Positions 1 through 9,708 of a DNA stretch of 64,000 bases are shown here, piece by piece; the first letter of the stretch is position 1, and every line of letters starts with the position of its first letter. Source of the DNA: Bacteroidota bacterium (lineage in GTDB: Bacteria; Bacteroidota; Bacteroidia; Chitinophagales; Chitinophagaceae); contig JAFAFV010000214.1 of assembly GCA_023423285.1 (NCBI GenBank), forward strand, positions 53,285 through 117,284, given 5' to 3'. The notes below the pieces were generated by a model, which was not told where the DNA came from, searched no databases, and worked only from the letters and a program-made list of their open reading frames with translations. The position numbers and the translations under genes were made by a program.

Positions 1-1846
1 AGTAATCTTATTACTGATGCCCGGTCATTTGGCAGGTGCCTGCTTTATTGGTTTTGCCATTGGTGAATCTCTTGGTGCATCTGCATTGCGCATAGCCGGA
101 GGCATTTTTACAAAAATTGCAGATATCGGTTCGGACCTGATGAAAGTGGTTTTTAAAATTGGCGAAGATGATCCAAGGAACCCGGGTGTTATTGCAGACT
201 GTACGGGTGATAACGCAGGTGATAGTGTAGGACCAACTGCCGACGGTTTTGAAACATACGGTGTAACAGGTGTAGCTCTTGTTACATTTATTCTACTGGC
301 AATTACAACCGGGCAGGAGACGCAAACGATGCTTCTTGCATGGATTTTTGTTATGAGGATCCTGATGGTAATTACTTCCGTGGTTGCGTTTTGGATAAAC
401 AAGGCAGTGAGCAACGTGATGTACGGCAGTAAGGAAGACCTTGACTTTGAAGCGCCTCTTACGAACCTGGTTTGGATCACATCCATTCTTTCCATTATTG
501 TCACGTTTGTTGTGAGCTATATTATGCTGGGCGATCAGTTTGGAAATTCAAACCTGTGGTGGGTACTTTCTATTATCATTAGTTGCGGTACGTTTGGTGC
601 TGCTATCATTCCTGAATTTACCAAAATTTTTACCTCACCAAAATCTTCTCACGTAAAAGAAATTGTAAATGCTGGTAAGGAAGGCGGAGCTTCATTGGTT
701 ATTTTATCTGGTTTTGTTGCCGGCAATTTCAGTGCCTTCTGGAAAGGGATGGTGTTTTTTGTATTGATGTTTGCTGCCTATTATGCAAGTACGATGGGTT
801 TGGAAACCATCATGATTTATCCTTCTATTTTTGCTTTTGGCCTGGTGGCATTTGGAATGCTGGGGATGGGGCCTGTAACGATTGCCGTGGACAGCTATGG
901 GCCTGTTACAGATAATGCGCAATCAGTTTACGAATTGTCGCTGATAGAGTCTGAGCCAGATATTGATGCTGAAATACAAAAGGACTTTGGTTTCAAACCT
1001 GATTGGGAAAAATCAAAATATTATCTTGAAGCCAATGACGGTGCAGGCAATACTTTCAAAGCCACAGCAAAGCCTGTATTGATTGGAACAGCCGTTGTAG
1101 GGGCTACTACTATGATCTTTTCATTGATATTGATGATTGAAAAAACGCTCGCAGTAGATCCTGCCACGATTTTAAATATCCTGAATCCTTACACAATTCT
1201 TGGCCTTCTGCTAGGAGGTGCGGTAATTTACTGGTTTACCGGCGCATCTACGCAGGCGGTAACAACCGGCGCTTTCAGGGCTGTAGAATACATTAAACGC
1301 AACATCAACCTGGACCCGAATGCGCCTAAAAAAGCTGATCCTGCAACTTCTATTGAAGTGGTTAAAATATGTACACAATATGCGCAGAAAGGAATGTTCA
1401 ACATTTTCATTGCAGTATTTTTCTTCGCATTGGCTTTTGCATGTATATCTTCTCCATCAAGCATTGGTGGTAATAATGCGGTGTCTTTATTCATCAGCTA
1501 TCTGATAGGTATTGCCGTTTTTGGTTTGTACCAGGCTGTGTTTATGGCCAATGCCGGCGGAGCGTGGGATAACGCTAAAAAAGTAGTTGAAGTAGATATG
1601 AAGGCAAAAGGTACACCACTGCATGATGCAACAATCGTGGGTGATACAGTTGGCGATCCGTTTAAAGATACTTCATCCGTAGCTTTAAATCCTATTATTA
1701 AGTTTACTACGTTATTTGGGTTGCTGGCAATGGAAATTGCCATTTCGGCTTCTTTCAGAGATATAGCGCCTTATGCGGGCCTTGTGTTCATCGCTATTGC
1801 ATTGGTGTTTGTATGGAGGTCGTTCTATAAAATGCGTATTGATTAG
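1..1846 (+). CDS. hppA: Membrane-bound ion-translocating pyrophosphatase, 5'-truncated by the window edge
   Basis: Motifs GGIFTKIADIGSDL, EDDPRNPGVIADCTGDNAGD, DSYGPVTDNA, GGAWDNAKK and GDTVGDPFKDTS. The frame is open from base 2, so the true start lies upstream. Confidence 0.95.
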   Translation, partial: VILLLMPGHLAGACFIGFAIGESLGASALRIAGGIFTKIADIGSDLMKVVFKIGEDDPRNPGVIADCTGDNAGDSVGPTADGFETYGVTGVALVTFILLAITTGQETQTMLLAWIFVMRILMVITSVVAFWINKAVSNVMYGSKEDLDFEAPLTNLVWITSILSIIVTFVVSYIMLGDQFGNSNLWWVLSIIISCGTFGAAIIPEFTKIFTSPKSSHVKEIVNAGKEGGASLVILSGFVAGNFSAFWKGMVFFVLMFAAYYASTMGLETIMIYPSIFAFGLVAFGMLGMGPVTIAVDSYGPVTDNAQSVYELSLIESEPDIDAEIQKDFGFKPDWEKSKYYLEANDGAGNTFKATAKPVLIGTAVVGATTMIFSLILMIEKTLAVDPATILNILNPYTILGLLLGGAVIYWFTGASTQAVTTGAFRAVEYIKRNINLDPNAPKKADPATSIEVVKICTQYAQKGMFNIFIAVFFFALAFACISSPSSIGGNNAVSLFISYLIGIAVFGLYQAVFMANAGGAWDNAKKVVEVDMKAKGTPLHDATIVGDTVGDPFKDTSSVALNPIIKFTTLFGLLAMEIAISASFRDIAPYAGLVFIAIALVFVWRSFYKMRID

Positions 1847-1870
1847 ATAACTCATTCAAATCTCATATTT

Positions 1871-1897
1871 AAGCGGTACGCAAGTGCCGCTTTTTTT
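1871..1897 (+). terminator. Rho-independent terminator after hppA
   Basis: AAGCGGTAC-GCAA-GTGCCGCTT hairpin followed by a T run. Confidence 0.8.
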
Positions 1898-3227
1898 ATT
1901 CTTCCTCTGTAAATACAATACCATTAATTGCTAACTCAGCTAAAACGGGTTCGTATATTTCCTTGACTGTTGGCACCACTAACCCTTTGACAGCAATGGT
2001 TCCTTTTAAAATATGTTTGGCAGCTATTGCAAGCGTTAAGCCCACGGTTTTTGCCATTGCAGTGTACACATTATTGTCGCCTATTACCTTTAAAGTGCTT
2101 TTCAAAGTTTTTATAGTTCCGGCTGTTTCATATTCAATTTCATGAAGCATCAGTACCTGATCTTTGTCGGTATTTTTTAATGGCAGCTTCGTTTCCAGCA
2201 GGTACTTTAATATATCTGCAGAGGTATTAGCTGTATCAGGTATTTTATCATCGCTGGTAATACCCAGGTAGTTAAAAAGATCAGTTACTGTTTTATGATG
2301 ATCTCTTTCAATATACCGGGTTAAAAAGTCTTCTAAATTTTGTGCTTTTGCATAAAAATTCAGGCTTGATACAAACCAGTAATTAAAGCTTTTTCCTCTG
2401 AAATTTCTTACCGTGGTTTCATTTTCAGAATCGGTTAACCCTGCCAGAACTGCTGCGTGCCATGCCGTGCAATAATCCGGGTGGCGTAATGTGGTGCGTA
2501 TTACTGTTTCGGCATTATGCAGCCCGTAAAGCGGTATGTAAGCAACGGAGTTTCGGTTAGGATACCAGGCATATTCTGTGGCGCCTATATGCACTGTCCT
2601 GCAATCTTCAAAAACTTCATAATAATCCAGTTCAATCGTTTCATTATGCTCTTTATAAACGGCGCCAAGTTTACCGGCATTGACTATATTAATAGGGTTC
2701 CAGCTTATTTTATAGTGCCAGGGATTGTCATCATTTTCCGGAGCGAGCAGCCCGCCGCAGTGCGATTTAAAAGATTTAATGATGCCTCCTGCCGATTTAA
2801 TTTTGTCAAAGATCTGCATGGCGCTCATGTGATCAATACCCGGGTCAAGACCCATTTCGCATAAAAATAGCAGGTTGTGGTTCTCAATTTCTTTTTTAAG
2901 ACCAAGCATTGCGGGGTCAATATAAGATGCAGTAAGAAGATTTTTTTTGCATGTAATGCAGTCTTTTGCTACAAGCAGGTGAAGCGCGGGCGGCAACATT
3001 GAAATAACTATATCCGCTTTGCCAATAATATCATAACGCTCTGTTGTATTGTTGATGTCAAATGAAAAAGCTCTGGCGTTAGGATGCCCAGCTGTTTTAC
3101 TTTTAGCAAGCTGCAGGTTTGCATCCACTACTATGATCTTCCATTGTTCGCTTTCTGAATACTTTAAAATATAATCAATTAAAACCGTTGTTGATTTTCC
3201 CGCACCAAACAAAAGTATATTTATCAT
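1896..3227 (-). CDS. Saccharopine dehydrogenase family protein
   Basis: N-terminal Rossmann motif LLFGAGKS; EMGLDPGIDHMSAM, SHCGGL, YKISWNP and AMAKTVG motifs. Confidence 0.9.
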   Translation of the reverse strand: MINILLFGAGKSTTVLIDYILKYSESEQWKIIVVDANLQLAKSKTAGHPNARAFSFDINNTTERYDIIGKADIVISMLPPALHLLVAKDCITCKKNLLTASYIDPAMLGLKKEIENHNLLFLCEMGLDPGIDHMSAMQIFDKIKSAGGIIKSFKSHCGGLLAPENDDNPWHYKISWNPINIVNAGKLGAVYKEHNETIELDYYEVFEDCRTVHIGATEYAWYPNRNSVAYIPLYGLHNAETVIRTTLRHPDYCTAWHAAVLAGLTDSENETTVRNFRGKSFNYWFVSSLNFYAKAQNLEDFLTRYIERDHHKTVTDLFNYLGITSDDKIPDTANTSADILKYLLETKLPLKNTDKDQVLMLHEIEYETAGTIKTLKSTLKVIGDNNVYTAMAKTVGLTLAIAAKHILKGTIAVKGLVVPTVKEIYEPVLAELAINGIVFTEEE

Positions 3228-3258
3228 ATAATGATTTCAATGTTGACTTGTAAGGTAC

Positions 3259-3287
3259 AAAAAAAAGCTGCAAACTAAGTTGCAGCT
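3259..3287 (-). terminator. Rho-independent terminator after sodC
   Basis: AGCTGCAA/TTGCAGCT 8-bp stem with an A run on the + side, i.e. a U tail on the - strand. Confidence 0.8.
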
Positions 3288-3314
3288 CCTATTTAACAAA
3301 TATGAGAAAATATA

Positions 3315-3929
3315 CTACAGTTTTTGGATGATACCACAACCAATTCTTGGCCCTGAATTGCCACTTGGTTGAGACGTATAATCATCCGTACCACCATGCA
3401 CGATGATGGTTTTGCCAATAAAATCTCTTGCAGGTTCGTTAAGGTCAATGTTCCATTTGTCTGTTGTTAGAGATACTGTGCCTTTTCCGTTAGCATCCAG
3501 TTGAATATTTCCAATATCGCCCGAGTGGTGGTGTGATGCACCCCACTCACCATGGTTTTCATTGGTAGGGTTCCAGTGTGGCCCGGCATCTTCACCCTTA
3601 TTTCCGCAGGAACCTTTTTCATGAAAATGTACCGCCACTGCGCTATCGGCTCTTTCTTTAATTGTTATTTCAAGATCCATTTTTATCTGCCCGTCTGCTA
3701 GTCTGTAAAATTTTGCGCTGCCAAGATTAACCACAGTATCAGTAGTGGATGTAATGTTAACAAAAGCTATCTGGGTGCCTTCTGCTACAGGTGTTGCGCC
3801 TTCTTCTAAGGCAGAATCAACATTTGCGGATCCCTGGCTTTCGCGTTCGTTTTCAGAAAAGCTGCCGCACGAACTCATGGTGAATAATGTAATTGTTGAG
3901 GCAAATAATAATAAATTTTTAATGATCAT
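3315..3929 (-). CDS. sodC: Cu/Zn superoxide dismutase, lipoprotein
   Basis: Lipobox-like MSSC; metal-ligand pattern HFH..GPHWNP..HG..HHSGD..IVH; C-terminal GNSGPRIGCG. Confidence 0.9.
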   Translation of the reverse strand: MIIKNLLLFASTITLFTMSSCGSFSENERESQGSANVDSALEEGATPVAEGTQIAFVNITSTTDTVVNLGSAKFYRLADGQIKMDLEITIKERADSAVAVHFHEKGSCGNKGEDAGPHWNPTNENHGEWGASHHHSGDIGNIQLDANGKGTVSLTTDKWNIDLNEPARDFIGKTIIVHGGTDDYTSQPSGNSGPRIGCGIIQKL

Positions 3930-3975
3930 GATGATTGTTTTTAGTAGTTTATTTGGAGTTTCGTAAAAGACGTCA

Positions 3976-3983
3976 CAAAGTTA
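3976..3983 (-). promoter_or_regulatory. Bacteroidota -7 promoter element for sodC
   Basis: TAACTTTG on the - strand matches TAnnTTTG. Confidence 0.5.
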
Positions 3984-4069
3984 CAACAAAATAAATGCCA
4001 AATGGATTTATTCACAGCTACGGTGAGTAACTATATAGGTAGAGCCGGCGTTGTTAAACATTTTACTTT

Positions 4070-4077
4070 TACTTTTG
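4070..4077 (+). promoter_or_regulatory. Bacteroidota -7 promoter element for trxB
   Basis: TACTTTTG 21 nt upstream of ATG 4099. Confidence 0.55.
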
Positions 4078-4098
4078 TATCATTTTCAAATATTTACT

Positions 4099-5052
4099 AT
4101 GCCAGAGGAAGTTAAAGCAACAGAAAGAGTACATTGTCTGATCATTGGTTCGGGCCCGGCGGGTTACACGGCTGCCATTTATGCGGCCAGGGCCAACTTA
4201 AATCCGATTTTATACCAAGGCATTCAGCCTGGAGGCCAGTTAACCATCACAACTGAAGTGGAAAATTACCCGGGATATCCCGAAGGCGTGCAGGGGCCTG
4301 AAATGATGATTGATTTTGAAAAGCAGGCAAAAAGAATGGGTGCTGATATTCGCTATGGAATTGCTACAAAAGTTGATTTTTCAGGAGACGTACATAAAGT
4401 TTGGATAGATGAAGAAAAATTGATTGAAGCAGATGCCGTGATCATTTCTACAGGTGCTTCCGCAAAATGGCTGGGCCTGCCAAGTGAGGAAAAATACAAT
4501 GGCTTTGGAGTGAGCGCCTGCGCGGTTTGTGATGGTTTTTTCTTTAGAGGTAAAGAAGTGGCCATTGTTGGTGCAGGAGACACTGCTGCTGAAGAAGCGC
4601 TCTACCTTGCCAAGTTATGTACAACCGTTCACATGATCGTTCGGCGAGATGAAATGCGGGCAAGTAAAGTGATGCAGGAACGCGTGCTGAAAACTTCAAA
4701 CATCATTATTCATTTCAACCACCAAACAGAGGAGATATTAGGCAATGGTAAAAATGTAACCGGTGTGCGCCTATTTAATAATATTACGGGCGAGAAAACC
4801 GAACTTGCTGTTAACGGCTTTTTTGTTGCCATTGGCCACCAGCCCAATTCTGATATTTTTAAAGGCTTTTTAGATATGGATGCAGCCGGGTATATACAAA
4901 CCATTCCGGGAACATCAAAAACAAACGTGCCCGGCGTGTTTGCTGCAGGAGATGTGCAGGATAAAATTTACCGCCAGGCGGTAACGGCTGCAGGCAGCGG
5001 ATGTATGGCTGCATTGGATGCAGAGCGATACTTAGGCGCAAAAGGTTTTTAG
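4099..5052 (+). CDS. trxB: Thioredoxin-disulfide reductase
   Basis: GSGPAGYTAAIY, CAVCDG redox motif, GAGDTA, FAAGDV. Start moved to ATG 4099, downstream of the -7 element. Confidence 0.97.
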   Translation: MPEEVKATERVHCLIIGSGPAGYTAAIYAARANLNPILYQGIQPGGQLTITTEVENYPGYPEGVQGPEMMIDFEKQAKRMGADIRYGIATKVDFSGDVHKVWIDEEKLIEADAVIISTGASAKWLGLPSEEKYNGFGVSACAVCDGFFFRGKEVAIVGAGDTAAEEALYLAKLCTTVHMIVRRDEMRASKVMQERVLKTSNIIIHFNHQTEEILGNGKNVTGVRLFNNITGEKTELAVNGFFVAIGHQPNSDIFKGFLDMDAAGYIQTIPGTSKTNVPGVFAAGDVQDKIYRQAVTAAGSGCMAALDAERYLGAKGF

Positions 5053-5057
5053 CAACT

Positions 5058-5426
5058 ATGTCATCATCTACCTTTACCATCCATCTGCACGGCATGCACT
5101 TTTTTGCTTATCACGGCTTATATGATGAGGAAAAAGTAAAGGGTAATAATTTTGAAATGAACGTATCCGTCTCTTTTGTTCAACCTGAAGCAGAGATTTC
5201 ACATATCGGCCAGACGATCAATTACGCTGCCGTTTATGAGATCATTCAACAGGAAATGGCAAAGCCGCGCGAATTACTGGAGGCTCTTTTACAACAGTTG
5301 GCAGAAGTATTAAAGAACGCATTTCCGCAAATTACAGATATGGATATGACGCTTTATAAACTTACCGCGCCCATTGAAGATTTAACCGGCAGGGTAGGCG
5401 TACAGTTGCGTAAAAATTATATGTAA
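5058..5426 (+). CDS. folB: Dihydroneopterin aldolase
   Basis: FFAYHGLYDEE, TINY, LLE and K..API motifs. ATG 5 nt after the trxB stop. Confidence 0.9.
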   Translation: MSSSTFTIHLHGMHFFAYHGLYDEEKVKGNNFEMNVSVSFVQPEAEISHIGQTINYAAVYEIIQQEMAKPRELLEALLQQLAEVLKNAFPQITDMDMTLYKLTAPIEDLTGRVGVQLRKNYM

Positions 5427-5517
5427 CGCTGCATGCATTTCGTTCTATTTCTTGATTTTTTAGCGATTATGATTTACCTTTCCACACAATTAACTGAACT
5501 TTTTTAAAGTACCTCTC

Positions 5518-6477
5518 ATGAAGAAATTTAATATTTTATTGACGGCTGTTATTCTTGTAGCAGCCTTTGTATCATTTGCTTTTATGAAACCTGAAAATAA
5601 TGCTAACGTGGAAGCTAAAGATCTGATCGGGCGTTGGGACCTTACAGTTGACGTAAATGGTAAACCTGAGCCAAGCTGGATGGAAGTTAAACTTTCCGGC
5701 TTTCGTACATTGGTGGGTTATTATGTGGCATTACATGGCAGCGCCAGGCCAGTGGCTAAAATAGAGTTTAATGATAGCAGGTTTTCTTTTAAAATTCCGC
5801 CACAATGGGAAGCCGGAGATAAAGATATGATAATTGAAGGCGAGCTGAACAATGGTAAACTAAGCGGAACCGTTACGGATAGCGAAGGCAAAGTATACAA
5901 ATTTACCGGTGTGCGTGCGCCGTTGTTAAGAAGAGACAAGGCGCCTGTGTGGGGCAAGCCGATTGCATTATTCAATGGCAAAGACCTCTCAGGTTGGAAA
6001 GCTATTGGCGGCACAAACAACTGGGTTGTTAAAAACGGAATTCTTACCAATACGAAAGCCGGAGCCAATTTAATAACCGGCCAAAAATTTGATGATTTTA
6101 AATTGCATGTAGAGTTCAGGTATCCTAAAGCAGGCAATAGTGGCGTTTATTTAAGAGGCCGTTATGAGGTGCAGATTGAAGACAGTCCTGCAGGCACACA
6201 TCCCAACAATGTTTTGTTCGGTGGTGTGTATGGTTTTTTAACAGCCAGCGAGATCAATGCAAAAGGCCCCGGCCAATGGCAAACCTACGATATCACGCTC
6301 ATTGGCCGTATGGTAACAATTGTATCAAACGGTGAAACTCTTATCAGTAATCAGGAAATTCCTGGTATTACAGGAGGTGCTTTGGATAGCAATGAAGGCG
6401 AACCAGGCCCTATTTACCTGCAAGGCGATCATCAGCCGGTTGAATTCAGAAAAATCGTGATTACGCCTGCTAAATAA
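5518..6477 (+). CDS. Secreted DUF1080 (3-keto-disaccharide hydrolase family) protein
   Basis: Signal peptide; LFNGKDLSGW, NSGVYLRGRYEVQI and GPIYLQGDH..VEFR motifs. Confidence 0.85.
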   Translation: MKKFNILLTAVILVAAFVSFAFMKPENNANVEAKDLIGRWDLTVDVNGKPEPSWMEVKLSGFRTLVGYYVALHGSARPVAKIEFNDSRFSFKIPPQWEAGDKDMIIEGELNNGKLSGTVTDSEGKVYKFTGVRAPLLRRDKAPVWGKPIALFNGKDLSGWKAIGGTNNWVVKNGILTNTKAGANLITGQKFDDFKLHVEFRYPKAGNSGVYLRGRYEVQIEDSPAGTHPNNVLFGGVYGFLTASEINAKGPGQWQTYDITLIGRMVTIVSNGETLISNQEIPGITGGALDSNEGEPGPIYLQGDHQPVEFRKIVITPAK

Positions 6478-6564
6478 TCTCATCTATAATAATAAGATGC
6501 AGGCTTTTGAATTTTGGCAATGAACAATTCATCGCCAGTTCATCAAATTACTTTGAAATAACGC

Positions 6565-7335
6565 GTGAAAAATTTCAGATCGCCGCAGCGGCCAAAAAAA
6601 AAGCAACTCGTCAGCGGGTTTGATGCTATTGCTGATGCATTGCGCAACGGTCAGCCACTTGATCGTATTTATATTGATCAAAAAAATATTTCACCACAGG
6701 TGCATGAACTGCGAAGGCTTGCAGGCGAATCAGGCGTTCCCGTAAACTTTGTACCCGGCGCCAAGCTTGAAAGTTTTAATATTACGGGCCATAATGGTTT
6801 TATTGCTCACATAGCCAGGGTGCAATATCAAAACCTTCAGGATATCATTTCATTTGTGGTAGAAAAAGCTGAAACACCGCTGTTTTTGATTTTAGACGGC
6901 ATTACCGACATTCGCAATATTGGAGGCATTGCCCGCACCGCGTGGTGCTGCGGAGTGCACGCCATCATCATTCCTGATAAGGGTGTAGGCGCTTTGAATG
7001 AAGATGCGATATTGACATCAGCAGGCGCCCTGGAAAAAATACCTGTTTGCCGTGTAAGCAGCCTGATGAAGACTGTGGATGAATTGCACATGAACGGTAT
7101 AAAAGTTTTTGCCAGCGAAATGACGGCATCAAAAAGTATTGCAGACTGTGACTTTACCATTCCTGTCGCCATTGTAATGGGTAGTGAAGAGAAAGGCATT
7201 TACCCCGCACTACTTAAAATTTGCGACGAAAACATCAGCATTCCCATGCAAAATAATTTTGAAAGCCTGAATGTATCTGTCTCCACGGGTATGATACTTT
7301 ATGAAGTGATGAAGCAGAGGATGATTATTAGGTAA
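6565..7335 (+). CDS. rlmB: 23S rRNA Gm2251 methyltransferase (TrmH/SpoU family)
   Basis: LDGITDIRNIGGIART, GSEEKGI and IPM..ESLNVSV SPOUT motifs; GTG start. Confidence 0.9.
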   Translation: MKNFRSPQRPKKKQLVSGFDAIADALRNGQPLDRIYIDQKNISPQVHELRRLAGESGVPVNFVPGAKLESFNITGHNGFIAHIARVQYQNLQDIISFVVEKAETPLFLILDGITDIRNIGGIARTAWCCGVHAIIIPDKGVGALNEDAILTSAGALEKIPVCRVSSLMKTVDELHMNGIKVFASEMTASKSIADCDFTIPVAIVMGSEEKGIYPALLKICDENISIPMQNNFESLNVSVSTGMILYEVMKQRMIIR

Positions 7336-7399
7336 TGGGGTAATGTGATAATATAATAATAGCTTAATGCTGTTTCCTGTATGTATGAATACTTCTTTC

Positions 7400-8407
7400 A
7401 TGAACTTTTTTGCACCGATACATATTGAAAACTTACAACCGCCCATTCAATACGGTGATCGTATTCTTTTAATCGGCTCCTGCTTTACAGAACATATTGG
7501 CAACGCCCTGGTTGAACATAAGTTCAATGTGCTGCAAAATCCAAACGGCATTTTATTTGATCCCGCAAGTGTTTATAACGCCATTGTTTCTTATATAAAC
7601 TATCAGCCTCACGCTGAAGAAGACCTGGTTTACTTAAACGAACTCTGGCAAAGCTGGGAGTACCATTCAAGATATTCAGGTGTGGATCAGCAAACTGTTT
7701 TATCGAAAATAAATGAAAGTCGGCAGCAGGCACATGAGTTTTTAAAAACTGCCGACTGGCTTATTGTTACGCTGGGTTCTTCTTTTTCTTACAGGCTAAA
7801 CGATAATAACCCTGAATCTCGCTTTAATCAATTGAAAGTTGCCAATTGCCACCGCGCGCCGGGGCAATGGTTTGATAAAAAAATGCTTTCGATTGAGGAG
7901 ATCATTATGCTGCTTGACAATAGTTACCACAGGCTGAGGTTGTTTAACCCCGCACTAAAGATACTGTTTACTATAAGCCCTGTAAGGCACTTACGAGATG
8001 GCGTGGTAGATAACAACCGCAGCAAGGCGCGGCTGATAGAGGCCGTGCATCGTATAGTAAACAAATTTCCTGCTGCCTATTATTTTCCGGCATATGAATT
8101 AGTAATAGATGTGCTGCGCGATTATCGCTTTTATGATGTGGACCTGGCGCATCCTAATTATGCAGCTACCGAGTTTGTACTGGAAAAGTTTACCACACAC
8201 TGCATTGATGAAGCAAGCCGGCAACTGATGAAAGAGGTAAAGCAAATTGCCCTGGCCAGAAAACATCGTGCTTTTCAGCCCGAAACCAATGCCCATAAGG
8301 CTTTTTTGAAGACCCATTACGAAAAGGCCAAAGTGCTTGCTGAAAAATATTCTTTTTTAGACATGACGGAGGATATTCAGTATTTCTGTAATGCCGAAGA
8401 TAAATGA
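7400..8407 (+). CDS. GSCFA domain protein (SGNH-like)
   Basis: IGSCFT, NPNGILFDP, TISPVRH, YFPAYE and DYRFY..D..HP motifs; start uncertain. Confidence 0.85.
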   Translation: MNFFAPIHIENLQPPIQYGDRILLIGSCFTEHIGNALVEHKFNVLQNPNGILFDPASVYNAIVSYINYQPHAEEDLVYLNELWQSWEYHSRYSGVDQQTVLSKINESRQQAHEFLKTADWLIVTLGSSFSYRLNDNNPESRFNQLKVANCHRAPGQWFDKKMLSIEEIIMLLDNSYHRLRLFNPALKILFTISPVRHLRDGVVDNNRSKARLIEAVHRIVNKFPAAYYFPAYELVIDVLRDYRFYDVDLAHPNYAATEFVLEKFTTHCIDEASRQLMKEVKQIALARKHRAFQPETNAHKAFLKTHYEKAKVLAEKYSFLDMTEDIQYFCNAEDK

Positions 8408-8551
8408 TGTAATGCCCTGGCATACTAAAACCATTTGTATCATTAACCATTTCAGATAAATAAATAACTACTGCCGCGAAATGCCTTTGAGGAGATTTGT
8501 TTCTGTTTTCCGATGCAATCTTACTGTAACGATCAGAGTCTTCTATGTGAG

Positions 8552-9679
8552 CTATTCTTCTTTATTTTTTAGTTTCATCAACAGCGCATAGGCGCCCTTT
8601 ATTACAATTTTTTTCCCGAGGAGGCTGTCGGCATCAACAATAGCTGTATAAGCGTATTCACTGTTTCCGATGTTGACTTCCTTCATCTCGAACCTGTTGT
8701 TAGCGGTATTCTCAAAAACATATTGCCTTCCTTCAAAAGTTACGATGGCATCATCGGGAAGGGCCTTAACGGTTTTTGTATCAAGTTGTATTTCAGCGTT
8801 CATATACATACCCGGCAACAATGAAGCATCATAATTAAAAAAATGACAATGCACCTCCGTTGTACCTTCTGCAGTTACATCTTTATTAATGAGGATGACT
8901 TCGCAATGATATTTTTTATCTGGATTAGTATTGGTGTAAGCAACCAACTTTTGGCCAATGTATAATTTTCTTACATCTCTTTCAAAAACCCTCAGGTTTA
9001 AATGAATATCACCCGGATTTACCAATTCAAACATTACTTCTGAAGGGGCTATATACTTTCCTATGTTTACATTTACCTTGGTTACATAACCAGAAATTGG
9101 GGAATAAACATTTGTACTTCTTGTTATCGTGCCCGAACTGACCGATGCAGGATTAATGTTTACAAGCCGTAATTGTTGTGCTAACGAATTCATTAAAATT
9201 TGCTGACTATTTGCTTCTGCCTGCGCTTGCTGCATTACCTTATCACTGCTGGCCTGGCTCTGATTCAGTTCCTTCTGGCGTTTATAATCTTGTTCAGCAT
9301 ATTGCAATTTTGTTTTTGCCATCAGGTAATCCTGTTGCAATTGTACATATTGCTGATCTTCCATTCTTGCAATTACCTGCCCTTTCCCTACGTGCATGCC
9401 CGGCAATAAATTTGTACTTCTTAAATAACCCCCCAAAGGAGCGGACACCGAGATCATGTTTTGGGGCGGGACATCAATTTTGCCGTTTAATTTAATCACT
9501 GACGAAATTTCTTTGTCTTCAACGCTGCCGATCATGATATCAGCATTTTTGTACTGTACATCAGTTAATACTGCTATATTTTCATTTTCCTCTGGCTGTG
9601 CCTGCTCTGCAGTTTCGGTATTACAGTTTACAAGTAATACTGTAATAGCCACGGATGCGAAATAGATACTCAATTTCAT
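8552..9679 (-). CDS. czcB: RND efflux periplasmic adaptor (CzcB-like), lipoprotein
   Basis: Lipobox-like LLVNC; GKIDVPP, lipoyl halves, coiled coil, YSPISGYV, LLPGMY. Confidence 0.9.
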   Translation of the reverse strand: MKLSIYFASVAITVLLVNCNTETAEQAQPEENENIAVLTDVQYKNADIMIGSVEDKEISSVIKLNGKIDVPPQNMISVSAPLGGYLRSTNLLPGMHVGKGQVIARMEDQQYVQLQQDYLMAKTKLQYAEQDYKRQKELNQSQASSDKVMQQAQAEANSQQILMNSLAQQLRLVNINPASVSSGTITRSTNVYSPISGYVTKVNVNIGKYIAPSEVMFELVNPGDIHLNLRVFERDVRKLYIGQKLVAYTNTNPDKKYHCEVILINKDVTAEGTTEVHCHFFNYDASLLPGMYMNAEIQLDTKTVKALPDDAIVTFEGRQYVFENTANNRFEMKEVNIGNSEYAYTAIVDADSLLGKKIVIKGAYALLMKLKNKEE

Positions 9680-9708
9680 GTTCCTGTTTTTATTTGTAGC
9701 GTTCAGCT

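Noticed and set aside
6508..6542. Imperfect hairpin upstream of rlmB, and short ATTACAGAT repeats at about 20848-20870
   Set aside because: Short and imperfect, with no second copy in the window, so there is no basis for an ncRNA or repeat-family call.
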